Assembly (NCBI RefSeq): GCF_963921235.1
Contig: NC_086109.1
Span: 20,834,001-20,898,000 of the forward strand
Reading direction: 5' to 3'
Length of the DNA: 64,000 bases
Origin: Mobula hypostoma
Taxonomy: Eukaryota
The translations under genes and the position numbers were made by a program. Every line of letters begins with the position of its first letter. The first letter of the stretch is position 1. This document shows, one piece after another, positions 51,797-64,000 of this stretch. The notes below the pieces were generated by a model. The model was not told the origin of the DNA. It saw nothing but the letters and a program-made list of their open reading frames with translations, and did not search any database.

Positions 51797-54056
51797 ATGA
51801 AATGTGACATAGTTAATTCAGAAACAAAGGTTCTGAACTTAAAGAGGGGTAACTTTGAAGGTATGAGTCATGAATTAGCTAAGATAGACTGGCAAATGAC
51901 ACTTAAAGGATTGACGGTGGATATGCAATGGCAGGCATTTAAAGGTTGCATGGATGAACTACAACAATTGTTCATCCCAGTTTGGCAAAAGAATAAATCA
52001 AGGAAGGTAGTGCACCCGTGGCTGACAAGTGAAATTAGGGATAGTATCAATTCCAAAGAAGTAGCATACAAATTAGCCAGAGAAAGTGGCTCACCTGAGG
52101 ACTGGGAGAAATTCAGAGTTCAGCAGAGGAGGACAAAGGGCTTAATTAGGAAGGGGAAAAAAGATTATGAGAGAAAACTGGCAGAGAACATAAAAACGGA
52201 CTGTAAAAGCTTTTATAGATATGTAAAAAGGAAAAGACTGATAAAGACAAATGTAGGTCCCCTGCAGACAGAAACAGGTGAATTGATTATGGGGAGCAAG
52301 GACATGGCAGACCAATTGAATAATTACTTTGGTTCTGTCTTCACTAAGGAGGACATAAATAATCTTCCAGAAATAGTAAGGGACAGAGGGTCCAGTGAGA
52401 TGGAGGAACTGAGTGAAATACATGTTAGTAGGGAAGTGGTGTTAGGTAAATTGAAGGGATTGAAGGCAGATAAATCCCCAGGGCCAGATGGTCTGCATCC
52501 CAGAGTGCTTAAGGAAGTAGCCCAAGAAATAGTGGATGCATTAGTGATAATTTTTCAAAACTCGTTAGATTCTGGACTAGTTCCTGAGGATTGGAGGGTG
52601 GCTAATGTAACCCCACTTTTTAAAAAAGGAGGGAGAGAGAAACCGGGGAATTATAGGCCGGTTAGCCTAACGTCGGTGGTGGGGAAACTGCTGGAGTCAG
52701 TTATCAAGGATGTGATAACAGCACATTTGGAAAGCGGTGTAATGATCGGACAAAGTCAGCATGGATTTGTGAAAGGAAAATCATGTCTGACGAATCTCAT
52801 AGAATTTTTTGAGGATGTAACTAGTAGAGTGGATAGGGGAGAACCAGTGGATGTGGTATATTTGGATTTTCAAAAGGCTTTTGACAAGGTCCCACACAGG
52901 AGATTAGTGTGCAAACTTAAAAGCACACCGTATTGGGGGTAAGGTATTGGTGTGGGTGGAGAATTGGTTAGCAGACAGGAAGCAAAGAGTGGGAATAAAC
53001 GGAACCTTTTCAGAATGGCAGGCGGTGACTAGTGGGGTACCGCAAGGCTCAGTGCTGGGACCCCAGTTGTTTACAATATATATTAATGACTTGGATGAGG
53101 GAATTAAATGCAGCATCTCCAAGTTTGCGGATGACACGAAGCTGGGTGGCAGTGTTAGCAGTGAGGAGGATGCTAAGAGGATGCAGTGTGACTTGGATAG
53201 GTTGGGTGAGTGGGCAAACTCATGGCAGATGCAATTTAATGTGGATAAATGTGAAGTTATCCACTTTGGTGGCAAAAATAGGAAAACAGATTATTATCTG
53301 AATGGTGGCCGATTAGGAAAAGGGGAGGTGCAACGAGACCTGGGTGTCATTATACACCAGTCATTGAAAGTGGGCATGCAGGTACAGCAGGCGGTGAAAA
53401 AGGCGAACGGTATGCTGGCATTTATAGCGAGAGGATTCGAGTACAGGAGCAGGGAGGTACTACTGCAGTTGTACAAGGCCTTGGTGAGACCACACCTGGA
53501 GTATTGTGTGCAGTTTTGGTCCCCTAATCTGAGGAAAGACATCTTTGCCATAGAGGGAGTACAAAGAAGGTTCACCAGATTGATTCCTGGGATGGCAGGT
53601 CTTTCATATGAAGAAAGACTGGATGAACTGGGCTTGTACTCGTTGGAATTTAGAAGATTGAGGGGGGATCTGATTGAAACGTATAAGATCCTAAAGGGAT
53701 TGGACAGGCTAGATGCGGGAAGATTGTTCCCGATGTTGGGGAGGTCCAGAACGAGGGGTCACAGTTTGAGGATAGAGGGGAAGCCTTTTAGGACCGAGAT
53801 TAGGAAAAACTTCTTCACACAGAGAGTGGTGAATCTGTGGAATTCTCTGCCACAGCAAACTGTTGAGGCCAGTTCATTGGCTATGTTTAAGAGGAAGTTA
53901 GATATGGCCCTTGTGGCTACAGGGGTCAGGGGGTATGGAGGGAAGGCTCGGTTCTGAGTTGGATGATCAGCCATGATCATAATAAATGGCGGTGCAGGCT
54001 CGAAGGGCCGAATGGCCTACTCCTGCACCTATTTTCTATGTTTCTATGTTTCTATG
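51797..54056 (+). mobile_element. Young 5'-truncated CR1 in MOV10 intron 4; RT ORF intact except for one frameshift
   Basis: Consecutive 381-aa and 336-aa ORFs with all RT motifs (YRPVSL, QHGF, LDFQKAFD, PQGSVLGP, KFADD). (TTTCTATG)3 tail. Confidence 0.95.
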
Positions 54057-55507
54057 TCTGAAACAAACAGTTTTTATTTTAATCATTTTCCCTTTTCATG
54101 AGCATGTTCTGCTCCTTTCCCCATTTTATTTCATCCCTATACATACTAATTGTAGGCTCCATTTTGGCATTCCATAGGACCTACAAATCCGGCCAAGTTC
54201 AATTACATTCTTTAGTACTTCAAAGGTTTCAAAGGTACCCACGTTTCGCATCCTCTCAGCCCTACTAGTTTGGGGCTGTGGAGAGAGCTGAGTGAGGGGA
54301 TGACTTTAAAATGTCATCTACCTGACGTATAGTTAGCAGATTTGATGGCGAACCACAGAAAATCTTGAATGTGGCTTAGTCCCTATTAAAACCTCTCCTT
54401 GAATGAGAGCATTCCACAGTTCTGTTCCTTTGAGCCCAAAAGCACAAACTTGACTGGAAATTGGGGATAGCCATGGCTAGTTATCCATTTGGCTGGACTA
54501 TACTGAGCACAATCAAGTCCAATTCTAAAAACTGTTTGTTTAGTTCAGGCCCATCTTGGGAGTTCCAATGATAATTCCCTATTGCTTGACTGTTATATTC
54601 TCAGACATCTCTCACAGTGTGCAGAAGGAGCTCGTGGATTATTTGTCTTCACAGTTGAGCATCAGATCAGATGTCTTTCCGTGCTGGGACCCAATTTTTC
54701 ACAATCTATTAATTTAGCTGCAGGCATCAAAAATCATTTCCATGTTTGCTGACTGTACCAAAGCAGGTGGGGTTGTTAGTGTGGATACTAGCAAGATGTG
54801 TGAGTAAGAGAGAACCTGGTAGATGGTGTACGATGTGAAAGATTGTGAAGTTCTCTCTCTTGGAATGCATAATAAGAAGTGGAGTACATCTTAAATGGCG
54901 CGAGATTAGGTGATGCGGGTGTTTAAAGGAATTACTGATTGAACACATTGCTGAAGATTTTTGAGTAGAAGCAGCAAGAAAAGATAAGGATGAATGTTGT
55001 CTAAAGGTTTGGTTTCCATACTTAAGAAAAGATGTACTTTCCTTGGAGGGAGATTTACTAAACGAGTTCCAGGGATGACAGGTTCGATGTACGAGGAAAG
55101 ATTGATTACTGCACACAATCCTGGCTCCCTTCTTCTACCCTTTCCATGCCTGATGAAGGGTTGCACCCCAAAACATCGACTGTTTATTCCCCTCCATAGA
55201 TGCTGCCTGTCCTGCTGAGTTTCTCCAGCACTTAAATGTGTCTTGCTCAAGATTTCCAGCTTCTGCAGAATCTCTTGTCTTTAAGAATGATTGAGATATT
55301 GGGACTATATTCATAAGAGATCTGAAGATGAGTTTTTATCGAAATGTATAAAATTCTCTACGGGGTTGGTAGACGAGATGCAGGGAAGATGTTTGCTCTG
55401 TCTGAGGGTTTGTGTGCTGGGCCACCTGGTGTAGTTTGAGACATCCAGTTATGTTTTAAATGAAGCAGATTCTTGTTATGGCTACAACATTTGCTTCTTT
55501 CTTGCAG

Positions 55508-55748
55508 GAGCTGCTCATACAATTGAAATAGATTGCTCTGTAATTCACAGTGGCTATTTCCCAATAACGCTCGTCTTTCAGTTCCGAGATGAGAGCTCAA
55601 ACACTTTCAATATCATTCGCTTCTTCGCGGCAAGAACAACCAGCAGTCTGATTGAAGAATTAAAGCCCACCGCACCCTACAGGCCGTACCAGCTGTGCAC
55701 TCGTCGTCCTACTGAAGAGATTATTGAAGAAGGAGAGAGGCCGGAGTG
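55508..55748 (+). CDS. MOV10: MOV10 coding exon 5 (AAHTIEIDC...GYFPITLVF...IEEGERPE)
   Basis: cttgcAG acceptor, TG|GTGAGG donor, 241 nt. GYFP and IEEGERP are diagnostic MOV10 motifs. Confidence 0.92.
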
Positions 55749-56142
55749 GTGAGGCCCACCTCTGTGAACTTGCAGTCCTTGCAGCTCTCTTGCGTTCTTC
55801 CATCTCTGGCCTCTTGCAGCTTCGTATCCTCCTTCTGTCTTTTACTGTCTCTGCTTCCCCTTCCTTCGAAGATGCTTATTTACACACCAGACTTCCAGCT
55901 GGTTCAGTCTTCTATCTCAACATCTCTAGTGTGGCTCATTTTAGTTTTCGTTTGTTACCTTTGAGATTCTAAAGGTTCAAAGGATCATTTATTATCAAAG
56001 TATGAATGCACTACACAACTCTGATTCTTCTTCTCCAGATAGCCATGAAACAAAGGAAGCCATCGAATTAATTCAGTGAAAACATTAGCCCTGCCCCCAG
56101 CACAAAGGGAAACTTAGAAGAGCATCAAAACTCGCACGCGCG

Positions 56143-56147
<5 letters not shown>

Positions 56148-56200
<53 letters not shown>
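56148..56200. repeat. (CA)n microsatellite, about 26 units
   Basis: Seen directly; preceded by further purine-pyrimidine alternation. Confidence 0.97.
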
Positions 56201-56202
<2 letters not shown>

Positions 56203-56539
56203 TTGGCGAACTGTAAGAAATCAAACCCCACCCCGACAAAAAAAAAGCTTACAAATCATTACCAAATTTAAATCGCATGACAATTGATGTGAGAACTGTA
56301 ATACAAATTTGACAATTTGAATCAATAAAATTGTATTCCTACCTTTGCTTCATCAAAGGTGGGGAAATGTGTTTCTAGGGAAAAGAATTTATGTATTTAT
56401 ACAACATTATTCCCGGTCTTGGGGCAGCCTGAGAAATTTTGGTACCATTTTGTTTTATGCAGTTTTTTTTTGCGTGAAGCAAGAAATTAGATTAGTTCAC
56501 AGATGGGCAGTGGATTGAAAAATTGTGTTTGTCAATATT

Positions 56540-56942
56540 AGTCATAGTCATAGTCACACTTTCTTGATCCCGGGGGAAATTGGTTTTCGTTACAGTTGCA
56601 CCATAAATAATAAATAGTAATAGAACCATAAATAGTTAAATAGTAATATGTAAATTATGCCAGTAAATTATGAGATAAGTCCAGGACCCAGGGTGTCTGA
56701 CCCTCCAAGGGAGGAGTTGTAAAGTTTGATGGCCACAGGCAGGAATGACTTCCTATGACGCTCTGTGTTGCATCGCGGTGGAATGAGTCTCTGGCTGAAT
56801 GTACTCCTGTGCCCACCCAGTACATTATGTAGTGGATGGGAGACATTGACCAAGATGGCATGCAACTTAGACAGCATCCTCTTTTCAGACACCACCGTCA
56901 GAGAGTCCAGTTCCATCCCCACAATATCACTGGCCTTATGAA
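56540..56942 (-). mobile_element. Rex1/Babar-type LINE 3' end, same family as 3180-4160
   Basis: Translation nearly identical (GMELDSLTVVSEKRMLSKLHAIL...), same tail repeat. Confidence 0.9.
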
Positions 56943-57555
56943 TTAAACCTCAGATATACATTAGGGAGACCTGGTGAGCAGAGTTAAGACAGGATATCAG
57001 ATTAGTAGGGAGAATGCAAAAAAAACCCTGAAGGATATGGATATCTGTTTCAACATCAAGACCTGGGAGAGAAGTTATTCCTTTTTATTCAAGTAAAACA
57101 CAACAGTGGAATACATAAGCACAATAGTAGATATGAATTCCATTATATCATTGTAATATTCTGCTCAGTCCAGGTAATTAGATGTTATAAAAGAAACGTG
57201 TGCTTTACCGTTAAGGATGTCAGCCTTCCTGGAATTGAAGTTAAGCTTCCTGGATTGCTCCTGTGAGGAGGTTGGAACAAAAGGAAGTGGTCTTGGTCTG
57301 CTTAGGCTTGCAATGTTTGACTACTTGCAGTGTCATCGTCAATGTGGCCCCAGGATGTATGTGCACTCGAATATAATTCACACCGTGAAGTATCTTCAAG
57401 GCATGGGATTTGAGTAACAGCGACTCCCCTGTCTCACTGACCTGTTTTTCTGCCTGTGCTTCTACCTGGGTATGTTGTGCTGCTCAAGATGTTTGCAATT
57501 TCTGACCATCCCATTGTCCATTTACTGACCTTGTACCTACTTCAAATTTTTGCAG

Positions 57556-57696
57556 TACCAACAACAATCAACTGGAACAAAACATTTTGCTTGGCCAGTA
57601 CAAATACACTAAAAACACTTTGAAAGCAGTAAAAAGTGGACTGAAGGATAACCAACATGTCAGTCCTGAAGTGAGTGTGGAGACAAGAAGGATTAA
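57556..57696 (+). CDS. MOV10: MOV10 coding exon 6 (TNNNQLEQNILLGQYKY...ETRRI)
   Basis: ttttgcAG acceptor, AA|GTAAGT donor, 141 nt, phase 2-2. LE...LG.Y motif. Confidence 0.85.
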
Positions 57697-59138
57697 GTAA
57701 GTGTCACAGTTAAATTCTGTATTAAAATGGCGAATGCAAGATCAATGAATTGTTTCTTTTTTAACCTTGTCTGGGGAATAATTAGTAATGGCTAGTAACC
57801 TTTAATAATCCAAATTTAATTGTCTTGTTAGATACTGTTAAAACGGAACTCTTTTTTAAAAAAAAAACAAAAAAATCCCTGCATACCAAGTATCATCTAC
57901 GCAGAGTTAAAGTTACGGACCAAGGCATTTCAGTAGAATTGGCAATAGCACAAACTATAAATAAGCACGTAGAGAAGCAGGGAATGTGGAGCGAGACTGA
58001 AAGAACAGCTTGTAGTGGGGATGTAGGACTGATGCAATTAAGGAAAGAATAATGCAACCAGGAATAAGGGAGATGTCACAGGAAACGATAAAGAGACAAA
58101 GGTGGATCTGAAAGAGCATGAAAGCCATCACCAGCACTTGATGCATGGTGAAAAACGGAACGGCAGTCGTTTCCTGCTATTATGGAAATAGCTTGATCCC
58201 AGGTTTTGTGAGTCTTGTGTCAAAAGATGAGGAAGTTACTTGGGCTTCTAAGCTTTATTAAAATGGTGAAGTTTTCAAAGCAGTGTAGAATGAAGTACTA
58301 AATAATCAGAAACTCAGAATCGTGCTCACAAAAGTTCCTTCCGCTTGAGAGGATTCAGTTTCAGATTCAGTTATTTATCGCAGATACGTGGAAACATAAA
58401 GTGAAATATGCTATTTACATTAATAACCAGCAAACCCATAAAGCTTGGCAGAACACAACAGGCAACAATACAACAGCAAAACAAGCCCCTTTCCTCAATC
58501 CTGCCCACCCCCACATATGGACAGTTTCCCAGCTTGAAAACGGGAGCCTCCAGTCTTTGGCCATTGGGCTTTGACTTCTGGTCTCCGATCACCCTTCGGG
58601 CTTTGATATTTGGTCTGGACCTCCAGAGTAGCCAGTTATGGGACTCTGAACTCCAGGAGTAATGTGGTTTCAGTCCAGATTTGCCAAGTGTAGTAGATGT
58701 CTGGGCCCAGTTTCCCAAGTTCCTAAATGGATGATTTATTGAATAGCTTAGATATGATTCCTCCACGTGCACTGCAGAATAGGCTCTTTATCCCTCCTCT
58801 TAGATCCAAATGTTAACTTAAAGGCATCTCTCCACTGCCCAAGATCTGCCTAAACTTTGAGGTATGACATCCCTGGTATCAAATTTGTCAAGCCATTTTT
58901 GCACCCCTCAGTTGGTGGAGTGGGAAGGATTGGAGCTGTGCATGTTGCTCCAAGCTTGGTTAGAAAATACTTTCGGGGTTGAAATGTCTTGAATGGGCTG
59001 CGGTACCAGGAGATGGCCATGAGGCTCAGCTATCAACAATAACAATTGAGTTCAAGTGAATGATGTTTTGTGACCCTCTAGCTCACTTTTTGGCATCCTC
59101 TGCTCTCAGAAGTAATGCATTTTTTACTCTTTGTGCAG

Positions 59139-59292
59139 TTCTCTACTGACTTCTGAACTGGAGTTCGAAAACTATGATGAGAGATTTTCATTGTTGCTCC
59201 ACTTGGAGGAAATTCAGATGGAAGTTGACATTACCAGGTACAATATGGAGAATGTTGCCATGACGAGGGACGGAAGGCTTCTTGTTCTCAAG
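59139..59292 (+). CDS. MOV10: MOV10 coding exon 7 (SLLTSELEFENYDERFSLLLHLEEIQMEVDI...LLVLK)
   Basis: ttgtgcAG acceptor, AAG|GTTAGT donor, 154 nt. LLLHLEE.QME.DI is highly conserved in MOV10. Confidence 0.93.
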
Positions 59293-59809
59293 GTTAGTGC
59301 AAGTGTTTCAAAAGCTTAAGTTGGAAGGAGAATCGGAACAGAACTAGATCTTTGTTTCCAGGGGCTCCTCTGCCATTCAGTTACAATGTATTTTCAGCCA
59401 AAGATGGGTCGTTTTTTACCATTTTGTGGGGGTAGTTGTTTATACACCACATGAGCCTGACCCATCATGTATTCCTTTCTCCTACCATTTAGTTCATGTT
59501 TCCCATGTGCTTCAGTGATTCCCAGTTTGCATTTTGACGTCACTTTGACTCACTTTTGTTCCATTTCCCTTAGACAACAAGTCCATCTAGCTTGGTTTTC
59601 AAACTTTCAGTTGACCCCCATTTTGACAAAATACTTGAGAAAAAGTTCCAGCCGTGTACTATGCTGAAGAGCTGGGCTTTGGCGCCATTCCAAAACGATG
59701 ACATGGTAGTGTAGCATTTAGTGTAGTGCTACTACAGCGCCAGTGACCCGGGTTCAATTCTGCTGCTGTTCCTAAGGAGTTTGTATGTTCTCCATGTGAC
59801 CGTATGGAT

Positions 59810-59951
59810 TACATAGAAACATAGAAAACCTACAGCACAATACAAGCCCTTTGGCCCACAATGCTGTGCCAAACATGTACTTACGTTAGAAATTACCTAG
59901 GGTTACCATAGCCCTCTATTTTTCCAAGCTCCATGTACCTATCCAGGAGCC

Positions 59952-59991
<40 letters not shown>

Positions 59992-60805
59992 TATTGTATC
60001 CGCCTCTACCAGTCGCCGGCAGCCCATTCTACACGCTCACCATTCTCTGCTTAAAAAAACGTACCCCTAATATCCCCTCTGTACCTACTTCCAAGCACCC
60101 TAAATCTATGCCTCTCATGTTAGCCATTTCAGCCCTGGGGGGAAAAGCCTCTGACTATCCACACAATCAATGCGTCTCATCATCTTATACACCCCTATCA
60201 GGTGACCTCTCATCCTCTGTCACTCCAAGGAGAAAAGGCCAAGTTCACTCAACGTATTCTCATAAGGCATGCTCCCCAATCCAGGCAACATCCTTGTAAA
60301 TCTTCTCTGCACTCTTTCTATATTTTCTACATCCTTCCTGTAGTGAGGTGACCAGAACTGAGCACAGTTTTCTAAGTGGGGTCTGATCAGGGTTCTATAA
60401 AGCTGTAACATTACCTCTTGCCTCTTGAACTCAGTCCCACAGTTGATGAAGGCCAATGCACTGTATGCCTTCTTAACCACACAGTCAACCTGCGCAGCAG
60501 CTTTGACTGTCCTATGGATACAGACCCCAAGATCCCTCTGATCCTCCACACTGCCAAGAGTCTTACCATTAATACTATATTTTGCCATCATATCTAACCT
60601 ACCAAAATGAACCACCTCATAGTTATCTGGGTTGAACTCCATCTGCCACTTCTCAGCCCAGTTTTGCATCCTATTGATGTCCCACTGTAACCTCTGACAG
60701 CCCTCCACACTATCCACCACTCTCCCAACCTTTGTGTCATCAGCACATTTACTAACACATCCCTCTACTTCTTCATCCAGATCATTTATAAAAATCACAA
60801 AGAGA
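59810..60805 (-). mobile_element. CR1 3' fragment inserted into a V-SINE (SINE halves at about 59700-59809 and 60806-60850)
   Basis: FINDLD, KCADD, WQMEFNPD. The V domain rejoins across the insertion. Confidence 0.82.
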
Positions 60806-60869
60806 ATTTCCTCTGGATGCTCTGGTTTTCTTCCACATTCCAAAGTCCTACAGGTCCAGAATCAGAATC

Positions 60870-61585
60870 AGACCATAAGATATGGGAACAGAATTAGACC
60901 ATTTGGCCCATTGAGTCTGCTTCGCCATTTCATCATGGCTGATCCCAATATTCAGCTTTCTCCCTATAACCCATCATGCCCTGACTAATCAGGAATCTTT
61001 CAAACTCTATCTTAAATGTATCCAATAACTTGGCCTCCACAGCCTCCTGTGGTAACAAATTCCACAGGTTCACCACCCTTTGGCTAAAGAATATCCTCCT
61101 TATCTCCGTTCTATGGAAGTCCCTCTATTCCGAGGCCGTGTCCTCTGGTCTTCAACTCCCTCGCCATTGAAAACACCCACTCGATCTAGACCTTTCAACA
61201 TTCAATAGGTTACAATGAGATCCGTTCCCCCTCATTCGTCAGAATTCTAGTAGGTACAGGCCCAAAGCCATCAAATGTTCCACATGTGATAAGCCTTTCA
61301 ATCTTGGAATCATATTTGTAAACCTTCTGTGAACCCTCTTCAATGTCAGCATATCTTTTCTTAGATAAGGAGTCAAAAACTGCTCACAATACTTCCAAGT
61401 GAGGCCTCACCAGTGCCTTATAGAGCCTCAACATTACATTCTTGATTTTATATTCTAGTCCTCTCAAAATGAATGCTAACATTGCATTTGCCTTCCTCAC
61501 CACTGACTCAACCTGCAAATTATCTTTTGGGAAATCCTGCATGAGGACTCCCAAGTCCCTTTGCACCTCAGATTTTTGAATTTTC
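60870..61585 (-). mobile_element. CR1 3' fragment
   Basis: VQRDLGV, LYKALVRPHLE, CR1 3' UTR. Confidence 0.8.
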
Positions 61586-61587
61586 AG

Positions 61588-62855
61588 GTTTGATATCACT
61601 GCTGTATGTCATGAAAATTGTTGTTTTGTGGGAGCAGTACAGTGCAATACATGATAAATTATGGCAGAATTTCAATAATAAAATGTATATTAAATTAAGT
61701 AGAGTGAAAAGAGAGCAGAAATAGAAAAAATACTGAGGTAGTGTACGTGGGTTCTCTTGGTGGAGGTGAAAAGCTTTTCTTAAAACATTGAGTGTTTGTC
61801 TTCAGGCTCCTGTAACACCACCTTGATGGTAGCAGTGAGAAGAGGGCATCTCCTGGGTGTTGCGGGTTCATAATGATGGATGCTGCCTTTTTGAGGCATT
61901 GCCTTTTGAAGAGGCCCTTGTTGCTGGGGAGGCTGGTGCACGTGATAAAGCTGGCTGAGTTTACAACATTCTGCAACTTTTTCCAATTGCATTGGCCTCA
62001 CCATACCAGGAAGTGAAGCAACCAGTTAGAATGCTGTCTATGGTATGTCTGTAGAGATTTACGAGTGTCTTTGGTGACATACCAAATCTCCTCAAACTCC
62101 TAATGAAATACAGCCACTGTTGTGCCTTCTTTGTAACTGCATCGATATGTTGGGCTCAGGATAGATCCTCAGAGATGCTGACACCCAGGAACTTGAAACT
62201 GCCTACCCTTTCCATTTCTGAGGGATGGTATGTGTTCCCTCGGCTTCTCCTTCTTGGAGTCGACAACCAATTCCTTGTTCTTGTTGACACTGAGTGCAAA
62301 GTTGTTATTGTGCCACCACTCAACCAGCTGATCTGTCCCTCTCCTGTATGCCTCTTTGGCACCATTTGAAATTCTGCCAACAATAGTTGTGTTGTTGGCA
62401 AATTTGTTGATGCCATTTCAGCTGTGCCTAGCCACACGGTCGTGGGTTTAGACAGAGTGGAGCAGCGGGCAAAGCACACATCCTTGAAGTGCGCCAATGT
62501 TGATCCTCAGCAAGGAAGAGATGTTATTTCCAATCAGCACAGAGAGTGGTCTCACGCTGAGGAAGTTAAGGATCCAGTTGCAGAAGGAGATACAGAGACC
62601 CAGGTTTTGGAGCTTGTTGGTTAGAACTGAGGGTATGATTGTGTTGAATGCCGAGCTGGTCAATCAATAAACAGCAGCCTGATGTTGGTATTGCTATTGT
62701 CCAACTGATCCAAGGCCAAGTGGAGAGCGTCCGTTGTACACTTATTGTGGCTTTTGGCAGATTGCAGTGGGTCCAGGTCCTTATTTAGGCAGGAGTTGAT
62801 TCTAGCCATGACCAACCTCACAAAGCACTAAAACACTTCATTGCAATTGATGTGA
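61588..62855 (-). mobile_element. Rex1/Babar-type LINE 3' half
   Basis: [31 protein letters not shown]. Confidence 0.82.
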
Positions 62856-63816
62856 GTGCATGGTAGGTTAATTGGTCAAATGAATATGATTAGATGAGCT
62901 GGAAGGACCTGTTACTGGATGTATCTCTAAACAGATAGATAGAAGTTTATGCCATCAAACATTGCACTGTTTCCTCACTAGTAGAAGTGAGATAAGTGGA
63001 GGGATTCTGCAATCCTTCAATCATAATGAAATCTTGCTCTTATAACCAATGAGGGACTGCTGGCCTGGTCAGGGTAGCAAATCACAACTAAGCCCTTTGC
63101 CACAAACTCATATACGGAAACATGTGCAGATACTGGAAACTCAAAAGCAAAACGCACAAAATGTTGGAGGAAATCAGCAGGTCAACCAGTGTCTATGGAA
63201 AAGAGTAAACAGTTGACATCTCGGGCCGTGACTTCTCATCAGGACTGGAAAGGAAGGGGAGAAGTCAGAATAAGAAGGTGGAGGATTGGAGAAAGAAATA
63301 CGAGGTTGGCAGAGGTCAGAGGGGATTTCACCAAACTCCTGTAAAAGGGAAGATTTAAACTTCAGCGTAGGCATCCCTCGAGGAGACTTCAGAGTTGTAG
63401 TATGACAAACACAAGAAAATCTGCAGATGCTGGAAATCCAAAGCAACACAGAACGAATTGGAGGAACTTGGCCTGCTGAGTTCCTCCAGCATTTTGTGTG
63501 TGTTTCTTTGGATTTCCGGTATCCACAGATTTTCTCGTGTTTGTGATACCTAGACCTCTGTGTAGGGCAGCGTTAAGACAACAGATATCTAATTGCATTT
63601 GAAATGACTGATGGCGTGTCAGGCTGAGCAGGCTCCAGATCCTGATGCTTTTCGGCAAGATCTTTCACAATATCCAAAAGACGATTGCCGTCTACAAGTA
63701 ACGTGTAGTCACTGCTGCGAGCACAAACATAACAGCCAGTTGTTGCATAGGAACCTTGGGCAAAAAGGCAGTATAACAATCACCAGAGTCTATTTTATAC
63801 TGATGCTGACTATTTA

Positions 63817-63879
63817 CAGTACTGTGTAAAAGTCTTAGGCAAGTATACTGTATATAGCTAGGATTTTTGCACAGTACTG
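63817..63879. mobile_element. 63-bp Tc1/mariner-type miniature element
   Basis: TIR CAGTACTGTGYAAAA at both ends; TA only on the left flank. Confidence 0.6.
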
Positions 63880-64000
63880 CGTTGTCAACATGGAGCGGAA
63901 AGCGAGTTTGTAAATCTGGTATGGTCAAAGGATGGCAAGGGTCTGGTACTCCAAAGGCCTATAAAAGATCCTGCCCCTTGGAAGCTGGTCTTGCTATATT

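Larger units (their letters stand above)
38804..59292 (+). other. MOV10: MOV10 RNA helicase gene, 5' part (7 coding exons, 1158 nt, 386 codons; continues beyond the window)
   Basis: Seven GT-AG exons join in one open frame (intron phases 2,0,2,1,2,2,0). The translation matches MOV10 N-terminal motifs: TDKEQLKNIYN, GYFPITLVF, LKPTAPY, IEEGERP, NYDERFSLLLHLEEIQMEVDITRYNME. Confidence 0.93.

Noticed and set aside
57671..57676. GTGAGT as the exon 6 donor
   Set aside because: Phase 0 there would frameshift exon 7. The donor at 57697 keeps the frame.
59959..59988. Poly(A) tail of a retrocopy
   Set aside because: It is internal to a minus-strand CR1 with no TSD; a homopolymer expansion is more likely.
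1..64000. Prokaryotic systems (CRISPR array, retron, DGR, defence operon) suggested by the many RT ORFs
   Set aside because: Spliceosomal introns and LINE/LTR/PLE hallmarks explain every RT. No repeat-spacer array or operon structure was seen.
59293..64000. Next MOV10 exon (VPGV...RPSVLRGD)
   Set aside because: Not found. The region is TE-filled, so the exon presumably lies downstream.

Overview
Vertebrate nuclear DNA, very probably a cartilaginous fish (inferred from the CR1/Rex1/Penelope/V-SINE repeat landscape). The one host gene I can support is the 5' part of MOV10 (+ strand): seven phase-compatible coding exons from the ATG at 38804 to 59292, 386 codons. The helicase-core exons lie beyond the window, and the ORF track largely misses the gene. 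Its CpG-containing upstream region carries a triple-core ISRE and a kB-consensus site. The rest is mostly transposable elements, many nested with readable target-site duplications: Penelope-like elements (PLEs) whose terminal repeats contain minimal hammerhead ribozymes, CR1, Rex1/Babar-type LINEs, a full-length RTE, a Gypsy provirus, two solo LTRs, a Hero-like fragment, a Harbinger MITE and tRNA-derived SINEs. The most unusual structure is a ~370 bp inverted duplication upstream of MOV10, one end of which coincides with a predicted hammerhead cleavage site. TE family names come from motif recognition, not a database search. Boundaries of degraded elements are approximate.
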